From Armatimonadota bacterium (GTDB taxonomy: Bacteria; Armatimonadota; SYMT01): 64,000 bases of DNA. Both the position numbers and the translations under genes were made by a program. Positions 56,716-64,000 of the stretch are shown one piece after another. How positions within the stretch are numbered: position 1 is the first letter of the stretch; each line of letters begins with the position of its first letter. The stretch lies in assembly GCA_041690135.1 (NCBI GenBank), contig JAWLHY010000001.1:288001-352000 (forward strand), in the 5' to 3' direction. A model generated the notes under the pieces. It ran no database searches. It was given only the letters and a program-made list of their open reading frames with translations, and was not told the DNA's origin.

Positions 56716-57285
56716 ACTCGATCCATATCCGCTCCGCCTCGCGTTCAGCAGCGCCATGAACTCCCGCATCCACGGCGCGTTGTCCCAGAAGGTCCGGGCC
56801 GTCACCAGGTTGCCGTCCACGACCACCGGTTCATCCACGTAGGCCGCGCCCGAGAACTCCGCGTCGTAGCGGCACTTCGCCACGGTGGTGACCCGCTTCC
56901 CCCGGATCACGTCCGCCGCCGCCACGATCTCGATGCCGTGGCACACGCTGGCTACCGGACGGTGGTCGGCGAAGAAGGCACGAGTGATGGTCATCAGGTC
57001 CGCGTCGTAGCGCAGGTACTCGGGTGCGCGGCCGCCCGAGATGATCAGGCCGGCATACTCTTCGGGACGGACGTCCCGGAAGGCGACATCCGCGGCAAAC
57101 CGGTATCCCGGCGACTCCACGGTAATGTCCCACTCCGGATGCCGGTCGTGCATTACCAGGTGGTAGGTGCGCTTCTCCGGTCCGGCTACCACGCACTGAT
57201 AGCCGTCTTCCTGGACCCGGAAGTAGGGGTAAAGGGTATCCGTGACCTCCGCCGCGTCACCGATGATGAGGAGTACCTTTTCCAT
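56710..57285 (-). CDS. PfpI/DJ-1 family protein
   Basis: GDAAEVTDTLYP, SGGRAPEYLR, SVCHG, VVVDGNLVTAR. Confidence 0.92.
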   Translation of the reverse strand: MEKVLLIIGDAAEVTDTLYPYFRVQEDGYQCVVAGPEKRTYHLVMHDRHPEWDITVESPGYRFAADVAFRDVRPEEYAGLIISGGRAPEYLRYDADLMTITRAFFADHRPVASVCHGIEIVAAADVIRGKRVTTVAKCRYDAEFSGAAYVDEPVVVDGNLVTARTFWDNAPWMREFMALLNARRSGYGSSG

Positions 57286-57333
57286 GGGTGGATCTCCGGG
57301 CGGCGCGTATCTCCGCCACCTCCAGAATGCAGA

Positions 57334-57364
57334 ACGGGGTTGGGAACCTAGTTCCCAACCCCGT
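57334..57364. repeat. Perfect 14-bp inverted repeat (hairpin)
   Basis: acggggttgggaac-cta-gttcccaaccccgt. Confidence 0.7.
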
Positions 57365-57404
57365 AGTGATAACGCATTCCCGGCAGGCAGAGCACGGGCT
57401 ACCG

Positions 57405-57668
57405 TTACCGGCGGCCGGCGGTTTTCTCCGGCGGCAGCCAATCTTCCGATTCCAGCGGTGGGATCTCCGTGCCGGCCTGCTCCAGTTCGCGCAGCCGGGC
57501 GCGCCCGCGTTGGAAGCAGCGCGCGCAGATCCACTCCACGAACTGGTTGCGGTACTGACCCGTCAGCGTATGTACGGGGTAAACGCGCACCCTCTCGGGC
57601 AGCTTGCGACACTCCATAGTGTCGCCCAGGGACATCCGCTGATGGCAGACCTCACAATACGGAAGCAC
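57405..57668 (-). CDS. Small zinc-ribbon-like protein
   Basis: GTG after GAGGAGG; CEVC...CARC; TACACT -10 upstream. Confidence 0.65.
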   Translation of the reverse strand: MLPYCEVCHQRMSLGDTMECRKLPERVRVYPVHTLTGQYRNQFVEWICARCFQRGRARLRELEQAGTEIPPLESEDWLPPEKTAGRR

Positions 57669-57791
57669 AGGTCCTCCTCGACACGACGCATGACGGACTG
57701 ACCTTAGTGTACTCGCACATTGGCGGACTCGCATCCCTCTTCGGGACGATTCAATCGTCCTGCTTAGGAATGACCTTCACGCCGCAGTACA

Positions 57792-58805
57792 CTAGCTACT
57801 TTGATACAGTTTTTCGGTCAGCGGACCGCGTGCGAAGGTCTCCAGGTCCAGTCCGCTTGCCACGCCCCGGCTGAGGAGACTGTGCCCGACGGCCGCGATC
57901 ATTGCGGCATTATCGGTGCAAAGGGGAAGGGGAGGGAAGGAAACCGTCAGGCCGCGTTTGGTGGCTTTGGTCGTTAGCCCCTCCTTCAACCGGGTGTTCG
58001 CGGCGACGCCGCCTCCCACCTGAACATGCCGGGCGCCGGTCAGCTTGGCCGCCTCCAACGTATGATCGATCAGTACATCGACGATGGCTGCCTGATACCC
58101 CGCAGCCACGTCGGCCGGAGCCAACTCGGGACGCTCTTTGGTGCAGCGGATCAGCGCCGTCTTAACCCCGGAAAAGCTGAAGTCCAGCGGCGGCTCGGTC
58201 CGGGCGCGGGGAAAACGGACGACCCGGGGATCGCCTTCGCGGGCCAGGCGGTCCAGGGCCGCCCCGCCGCCGTTCCCCAAACCCAGTACGCGGGCGCCCT
58301 TATCGAACGCCTCTCCGGCGGCGTCGTCCCGGCGCCGGCCCAGGATCTCATACTCGTGCAGGTCGCGCACGTAGTAGAGTTCCGTATGTCCACCGGAGGC
58401 GATCAGGGCGACCGAAGGGACCGTGGCCTTGCGGTCCGCCACCCAGCTACTGAACACGTGCCCTTCGATGTGGTGCACGCCCACCAGCGGGATGCCCAGT
58501 GCCAGGGAAAGGGATTTTGCGGCGGTTACCCCCACCAGGAGCGAGCCGATGAGCCCCGGCCGGTGGGTGACGGCGATCCCCTCGATCTCCCGCAGCGTCA
58601 CCCCGGTTTCGTCCAGTGCCTGCTGGATGATGCGCGTGATCAGTTCCACGTGCCGGCGCGAGGCGATCTCCGGAACCACCCCGCCGAACGGCGCGTGCAA
58701 CTCCGCCTGCGAGGCGATCACATTGCTGCGCAGGTCCCACCCGTCGCCAAACACCGCCGCCGACGTTTCATCGCACGACGACTCGATTCCCAGTACCAAA
58801 GGCAT
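57792..58805 (-). CDS. tsaD: tRNA N6-adenosine threonylcarbamoyltransferase
   Basis: LGIESSCDET, GGVVPEIASRRH, HHIEGH, SGGHT, DDAAGEAFDK, CTDNAAMIA. Confidence 0.96.
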   Translation of the reverse strand: MPLVLGIESSCDETSAAVFGDGWDLRSNVIASQAELHAPFGGVVPEIASRRHVELITRIIQQALDETGVTLREIEGIAVTHRPGLIGSLLVGVTAAKSLSLALGIPLVGVHHIEGHVFSSWVADRKATVPSVALIASGGHTELYYVRDLHEYEILGRRRDDAAGEAFDKGARVLGLGNGGGAALDRLAREGDPRVVRFPRARTEPPLDFSFSGVKTALIRCTKERPELAPADVAAGYQAAIVDVLIDHTLEAAKLTGARHVQVGGGVAANTRLKEGLTTKATKRGLTVSFPPLPLCTDNAAMIAAVGHSLLSRGVASGLDLETFARGPLTEKLYQSS

Positions 58806-59761
58806 CAGCGCAGTTCCTTCACTCCCTCGCCGCCAAACTCGAATTGTGGCGCCGGTCCCGTGTCCGCCACGATCCTCGCCGCCACCCGTGGGGTGAAGGC
58901 GGCGAGAATACTGAAGTGGTCGAGACCCTCGACTTCGAAACACCGGACCAGCGGGTTTCGCGATTCCGCCGCCAATGCCTCCAGGGCCGGATAGTTGCTG
59001 GAGAGGCCCCCACCTTCGAACACAAAGGTGGGAGTGCGGATCCCGTGGAGCCAGCGGACAGGAGAGCGCAGCAACCCTTCCCGCGTGCTACGCGGATCAA
59101 ATACCAGGTGCTCCTCCCCGTAGCTCCGCACGTCCTCCACGGGCCCGAACGCGAACACGGCCCGGAACCGGTCGGTGCATTCCGCCGTGAGGAGTGCCAG
59201 GGTGCCGCCGGTACTGTGTCCGCCCAGGTAGATCCGCTGCGGGTCTACCCCTTCCAGGCGCGACAGGTAATCCGCGGCGGCGATTACGTCGTCGACCTCT
59301 CCGTAGAACGACTCGCGGTAACCTGGATTGTCGTTGCCGCCCCGCAGCGAAGGGTACATCATCACGATCCCCGCCTCGCGGAAGGCCCGCGCCGACTGGT
59401 CGTTGTCCGGGCTGGCCTCTTCCCAGGCCGTTGCCCCGATGCCGTTATCGAACCCCCCGAAGATCCAGAGGATGGCCGGGTGCTTCTTCCCGTCCGCGGG
59501 TGGGTGACTTACATAGGCCGCGAGTTTGCCGGCAGGCGACGGGTAACGTACCAGCCGGAACAGGTCCGGAGGGGGCGGGTCTGCGGGCTCCGCGGCACGC
59601 TCCTTGCGAACCAGCACGGTCTCATGCCCTTTCCGCCCCTCGCCCAGTGACACTCGCTTGGATGCGCCCGATGAGGGAGATTGCTCCCGCGGAGCCTCCT
59701 CAAAGGAACAACCCGCCGCAGCAAACAAGACCACAGCAAACGCAAGCGCCTGTAATCTCAT
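58805..59761 (-). CDS. Alpha/beta hydrolase (S9-like) lipoprotein
   Basis: Lipobox AAGC; GHSTGG nucleophile motif; DHFS. Confidence 0.88.
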   Translation of the reverse strand: MRLQALAFAVVLFAAAGCSFEEAPREQSPSSGASKRVSLGEGRKGHETVLVRKERAAEPADPPPPDLFRLVRYPSPAGKLAAYVSHPPADGKKHPAILWIFGGFDNGIGATAWEEASPDNDQSARAFREAGIVMMYPSLRGGNDNPGYRESFYGEVDDVIAAADYLSRLEGVDPQRIYLGGHSTGGTLALLTAECTDRFRAVFAFGPVEDVRSYGEEHLVFDPRSTREGLLRSPVRWLHGIRTPTFVFEGGGLSSNYPALEALAAESRNPLVRCFEVEGLDHFSILAAFTPRVAARIVADTGPAPQFEFGGEGVKELR

Positions 59762-60007
59762 GACCTCCTGGTGCTTTCTTCCCCTACGCAATGGACAGGC
59801 ACAGCGGCACGCCCCTACATTACGAGGGTCCCACTGCGGGTACTCACCCGGAAGGGCGGCCGAGCCGAACTCCGGCTGAGCCTTCCCGCCCGCCCGCCCT
59901 TGTCCAAATCGCAGCCCTCATTCCGATCGACGAGACTCTGCGTTAGTTCTTGTTCTTTCTGTGTCCGTCTGTGTCGAAAACTATCCTCGTATCCTACGCG
60001 AGACTGC

Positions 60008-60514
60008 CTACTCGTAGGAAGCCACTTCCCGCAGGCGTTGGTCGAGGAGCGCCCTAAAGGAGAACCGGCTGGAGTCCTCAATCCACATCACGATGGCGTC
60101 TTCGTCGTTGTCCGTGTAGTAACGCTTACGCCGGCTAATGGGGAGAAAGCCATATTTACGGTAGAGGTTCTGGGCCGCCACGTTGGACTCGCGCACTTCC
60201 AGGGTGATGCGGCGGCAGCCCTGGCGCACCGCTTCCTGGATCACGTCCGCCAGCAGCCGCTCGCCGATGTGGCGCCGCTGGACCGCCGGATGCACCCCGA
60301 AGGTGGTGATGTGTGCCTCGTCGTGGATCATATGGCTGCCGATGTAACCCACCACCGCGCCGTCCAACGTCGCCACCCGGTAGTAACCGATACTACTGGA
60401 GAGCTCCGCCTGGAAGGTGTAGTCGGACCATGGAATGCTGAAGCAGAGCCGGTCGGCCGCGCACACAGCGGGCACGTCGTCCGGATCCATCCGGCGGATC
60501 AGGAGTTTCGACAC
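60008..60514 (-). CDS. rimI: Ribosomal protein S18 alanine N-acetyltransferase
   Basis: DEAHITT.GV.P, TLEVRESN..AQNLYRKYGF, YYTDNDEDAIVM. Confidence 0.92.
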   Translation of the reverse strand: MSKLLIRRMDPDDVPAVCAADRLCFSIPWSDYTFQAELSSSIGYYRVATLDGAVVGYIGSHMIHDEAHITTFGVHPAVQRRHIGERLLADVIQEAVRQGCRRITLEVRESNVAAQNLYRKYGFLPISRRKRYYTDNDEDAIVMWIEDSSRFSFRALLDQRLREVASYE

Positions 60515-61206
60515 AGGGCCTCCTGCCGTCGCTCCTCCGGCGTGGATAGGCGCAGGTACCGGGGCGCCAGGTCGTGCGGGTCCTCCGCCCGGCCCTCCAG
60601 CAGCGCCTTGCGTCCCAGGGTCGCCACCGTGGCCGCCGCGGGAAGGCGTTCGGTGTGCGGAAGCGTGATCCGGTCGCCCAGCCGCGCGGCCAGCGTGGCG
60701 GCGTGCTCTCCGGGCGTTCCCACCACCAGCGCGTGCGCCCGGTGGTGCGCCAGCCGCTCGATGAGGAGATCCGGGGTGAGCAAGGCCTCCTCGCCGCACG
60801 CTTGCAGGACGCCCTCCACCCACTCATAGAGGCCGGCGAACAGATCCTTTTTCGAGGCGTTGATCGCGGCGCAGATCAGGGTGTCGGGAACGGCCGGCGC
60901 TTCCGCGGCCAGCGCCTCCAGCGTGCTCACTCCCGCCGCTGGAATGGCGAGCGCATAGGCCAGGCTCTTGGCCGCCGTAACGCCGATGCGCAGGCCCGTA
61001 AACGACCCCGGCCCCACCGACACGGCGACGCCCTCCACGTCGCTGGTCTCCACTCCCGCCGTCGCCAGCACCTGCTCCGTTCGCGGCAGCAGGTCCCGCG
61101 ACAGCAACAACCGGTGCCGGAAGCGCACTTCCGCCATCAGCCCCTCGCCGCCCACCACGGCGACACTCGCCAGATCGCCTGACGTTTCAATCCCTAAGAC
61201 AAGCAT
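60499..61206 (-). CDS. tsaB: tRNA threonylcarbamoyladenosine biosynthesis protein TsaB
   Basis: LGIETSG, GPGSFTGLRIG, PRYLR. Confidence 0.93.
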   Translation of the reverse strand: MLVLGIETSGDLASVAVVGGEGLMAEVRFRHRLLLSRDLLPRTEQVLATAGVETSDVEGVAVSVGPGSFTGLRIGVTAAKSLAYALAIPAAGVSTLEALAAEAPAVPDTLICAAINASKKDLFAGLYEWVEGVLQACGEEALLTPDLLIERLAHHRAHALVVGTPGEHAATLAARLGDRITLPHTERLPAAATVATLGRKALLEGRAEDPHDLAPRYLRLSTPEERRQEALCRNS

Positions 61207-61695
61207 TCAGTTCTGCTCAAACTCCGTGAGACGCCTCTCCCACTCCTCACCGTGCGGAACCAGCTCCAGCTCGCGCCGGTCGCCGGGGCCGTATTCCAGC
61301 CGCACCTCCAGGCGCTCCTCCGGCAGGGCCTCCGCAATCCGCTCCGGCCACTCCACCAGCACCACGCCCCGGCCGGCCAGCAGGTCTTCCCAGCCCAAAT
61401 CGATCAGCTCATCCGTGCTGCGGATGCGATACGTATCGAGGTGCCACACGGGCGACCGCCCCTGGTACTCGTGGACCAGGGCGAAGGTGGGGCTGCTCAC
61501 CGGCTCTTCCACCCCCAGGCCGCGGCACAGCCCTTGGGTAAAGGTGGTCTTGCCGGCGCCCATCTCTCCGACCAGCGTCAGCACGTCGCCCGGTCGCAGG
61601 ATACCCCCGATCCGCTCCGCCAGCTTCTGCGTTTCCGCGGCCGACTCCGTGGTCACCCGCATCGTTCGACTCTCCCCGCCGCTCTCCAGCACCAT
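61207..61695 (-). CDS. tsaE: tRNA threonylcarbamoyladenosine biosynthesis ATPase TsaE (alternative start 61662)
   Basis: GEMGAGKTTF, SSPTF, HLDTYRI, VEWPE. Confidence 0.94.
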   Translation of the reverse strand: MVLESGGESRTMRVTTESAAETQKLAERIGGILRPGDVLTLVGEMGAGKTTFTQGLCRGLGVEEPVSSPTFALVHEYQGRSPVWHLDTYRIRSTDELIDLGWEDLLAGRGVVLVEWPERIAEALPEERLEVRLEYGPGDRRELELVPHGEEWERRLTEFEQN

Positions 61696-61744
61696 GCCTC
61701 CCTTGCCATGCCTCCCGACAGTATAGCGGAGTGTTCTCCGCACT

Positions 61745-62056
61745 TCACCCCCGCCGGGAAAGCAGCGCCAGAATTCGCTCCTGCGTCCCGAGAAGCTCAC
61801 GGTGGAACCGGACCTTCTCCGGGTCCGGCGCTCGATCAGAAGGGCGGGCCTTCCGCCCCGGCGTAGGGAGGGCCTGCATCAAGACCTCGCGGAGTTCACG
61901 AAGGGCCTCGCGGTGCTCCGGAGTGAAAGAGTGAAGCTGATCGCCGGTATGCAGGCATTGCCGGAGCTTCTCCAGTTCATCGGCGAGCGGTATGAAGCAG
62001 ATAGCCGCCACGAGCAGGATCCTGAGCCCTGCTTCTCCGACTGGGGTGAGTCGCAT
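61745..62056 (-). CDS. Small hypothetical protein
   Basis: ORF fills the gap; N-terminal hydrophobic stretch; no family recognised. Confidence 0.35.
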   Translation of the reverse strand: MRLTPVGEAGLRILLVAAICFIPLADELEKLRQCLHTGDQLHSFTPEHREALRELREVLMQALPTPGRKARPSDRAPDPEKVRFHRELLGTQERILALLSRRG

Positions 62057-62116
62057 TAGCTTTGAGAAGCGACATGACTTGCATGTATTTTGCGCAGAAG
62101 TGCACTGGGGAGAGAC

Positions 62117-62201
62117 TAATCGGCCACAGGCCACCACAATCCTAATCGTAATCCTCGTCCTAATCGGCCACAGGCCTCCTCATCTTAATCGGCCGCAGGC
62201 C
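62117..62201. repeat. Three copies of TAATCGGCC(A/G)CAGGCC with hexamer spacers
   Basis: 62117-62132, 62161-62176, 62186-62201. Confidence 0.8.
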
Positions 62202-62263
62202 CTTCGTTGCCTTGCTCGCGAGCCGAGGGCTTCGTTATACTGGAGCGGAGATTGTCACAACGC

Positions 62264-62755
62264 ATGGACACCACAACCCACCAGATTCTGCACATCCTGG
62301 AGCGCGACGCTCGCACCGCACCCACCGACATCGCCGCGATGGTCGGCGTGGATGAAGACGAGGTGCGCCGCATCATCCGGGAATGCGAAGAGAAGCGGAT
62401 CATCCGCAAGTACAAAACGGTCGTCGATTGGGAGCGCGCCGGTGAGGAGGGCGTGCTGGCCTTTATCGACGTGCGCGTTTCGCCCGCCCGCGAGGTCGGC
62501 TTCGACGACGTGGCGGGTCGCATCTACCGCTATCCGGAAGTGCTTGCCGTGTATCTCGTCTCCGGCGGGTATGACCTGCAGGTGGTGGTCCGCGGCCCCA
62601 ACCTGCAGGAAGTGGCGATGTTCGTGGCTGAGAAGCTGGCCACGATCGACCGCGTCGTTTCTACGACCACGCACTTCCTCCTCCGCCGGTACAAGGAGGA
62701 TGGGGAGATTCTGGTCGAGCAGGAAGAGGACCGGCGGCTGGCGGTCACGCCGTAA
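62264..62755 (+). CDS. Lrp/AsnC family regulator
   Basis: ILHILERDAR, VYLVSGGYDL, STTTHFLL..YK; TATACT upstream. Confidence 0.92.
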   Translation: MDTTTHQILHILERDARTAPTDIAAMVGVDEDEVRRIIRECEEKRIIRKYKTVVDWERAGEEGVLAFIDVRVSPAREVGFDDVAGRIYRYPEVLAVYLVSGGYDLQVVVRGPNLQEVAMFVAEKLATIDRVVSTTTHFLLRRYKEDGEILVEQEEDRRLAVTP

Positions 62756-62842
62756 CGTACGACAATCAGAGTGGGCCGGCGCCCGCGCCCGAGAAGTAGC
62801 GGGTGCGTGGAAGACCGGCGCCGGGCAAAGGGGCACGGGGAC

Positions 62843-64000
62843 ATGGGGCGAAAGTCGCGCATTTCGGAAGTAGTCAACAACATCCCCCCTTCGGGGATTC
62901 GCCGGTTCTTCGACATCGTGTCGCAGATGGAGGACGTGATCTCGCTCGGCGTGGGCGAGCCGGACTTCGTGACGCCCTGGCGCATCCGTGAAGCCGCCAT
63001 CTACAGCATCGAGCGCGGCTACACCCAGTACACCTCCAACTGGGGCCTGCTGGAGCTCCGGCAGGAAGTGGCCCGCCTGCTCGACCGTCGCTACGGCGTG
63101 GAGTACCGGCCCGAAGGGGAGGTGCTCATCACCGTGGGCGTGAGCGAGGGGCTCGACCTGGCGCTCCGGGCGATCCTGAACCCCGGCGATGAGGTATTGA
63201 TTCCCGAGCCCTGCTACGTTTCCTACCGCCCCTGTACCCTGTTCGCGGGCGGGGTGCCCGTGCCGATCGGCAGCACCGCGGAGAACGGGTTCCGGGTGAG
63301 CGTGGATGCCCTGGAAGCGGCGATCACCCCGCGCACGCGCGCCGTCCTGATCAACTTCCCGAATAACCCCACGGGGGCCACCCTGCGCCGCTCCGACCTG
63401 CAGCGCGTCGCCGAACTGGCGGAACGGCACGACCTGATCGTGCTGAGCGACGAGATCTATTCCGAGCTCACCTACGACAGCAAGCACGTCTCGTTCGCGA
63501 GCCTGCCAGGCATGCAGGACCGGACGATCCTCTTCAACGGCTTCTCCAAGGCGTTTGCGATGACCGGCTGGCGGATCGCCTACGCCGCGGGCCCGTCGGA
63601 CCTCATCGGCGCGATGACCAAGATCCACCAGTACACCATGCTGGCTGCGCCGATCATGTCCCAGAAGGCCGCGCTCGAAGCCTGCCGCTCCGGCGAGGGC
63701 GATATGGAGGCGATGGTCCAGCAGTATGACGAGCGCCGCCGGATGTTCGTGAAGGGCCTCAACGAGATCGGCCTCGAGTGTCTCCTGCCCGAGGGGGCTT
63801 TCTACGCGTTCCCCAGCATCCGGAACACCGGCCTCACCTGCGAGGAGTTTGCCGAGCAGTTGCTGCGGGAAGAGCGGGTAGCGGTCGTGCCCGGCACGGC
63901 GTTCGGCGAGGGGGGAGAGGGACACGTCCGCTGCTCATACGCCTCCAGTCTCAACGATCTCCGCGAAGCCCTCACGCGCATGGAGCGCTTCGTCGGGCGA
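62843..64000 (+). CDS. Class I/II PLP-dependent aminotransferase (runs off window end)
   Basis: Read manually: IPPSGIRRFFD, SLGVGEPDF, NFPNNPTG, SDEIYSEL, NGFSKAFAMTGWRI. Confidence 0.93.
   Translation, partial: MGRKSRISEVVNNIPPSGIRRFFDIVSQMEDVISLGVGEPDFVTPWRIREAAIYSIERGYTQYTSNWGLLELRQEVARLLDRRYGVEYRPEGEVLITVGVSEGLDLALRAILNPGDEVLIPEPCYVSYRPCTLFAGGVPVPIGSTAENGFRVSVDALEAAITPRTRAVLINFPNNPTGATLRRSDLQRVAELAERHDLIVLSDEIYSELTYDSKHVSFASLPGMQDRTILFNGFSKAFAMTGWRIAYAAGPSDLIGAMTKIHQYTMLAAPIMSQKAALEACRSGEGDMEAMVQQYDERRRMFVKGLNEIGLECLLPEGAFYAFPSIRNTGLTCEEFAEQLLREERVAVVPGTAFGEGGEGHVRCSYASSLNDLREALTRMERFVGR

Noticed and set aside
1-64000. tRNA, rRNA, transposase, integrase or prophage
   Set aside because: No recognisable signatures found by eye; tRNAscan and HMM scans would be needed to exclude them fully.

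Overview
High-GC bacterial chromosomal window. It is most likely Armatimonadota, inferred from two prepilin/DUF1559 H-X9-DG proteins with the [32 protein letters not shown] signature, plus DUF1501, DUF1552/DUF1592 and csaB-DUF5693. About 50 CDS are supported. Housekeeping genes include smc, alr, yajQ, mqnE, tsaE-tsaB-rimI-tsaD, a coaC-like gene and an Lrp + aminotransferase pair; the rest are sugar/redox enzymes, HEAT and WD40 proteins and unknown exported proteins. I saw no rRNA, tRNA, cas genes, CRISPR array or transposase. Best leads: (1) an orphan SigB/SigF-type sigma factor with a matching GTTT-N16-GGGWA promoter before itself and before general-stress genes elsewhere in the window; (2) two candidate structured ncRNAs, one 6S-like (~22994-23167) and one rod hairpin plus terminator upstream of the sigma gene; (3) many small repeat families that nest in one another, supply stop codons and sit in frame inside SMC; (4) an SMI1/KNR4 immunity protein fused to a degenerate LHH nuclease fragment; (5) two ~580-aa exported paralogues of unknown function. 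All family calls come from motif recognition by eye, with no database search.
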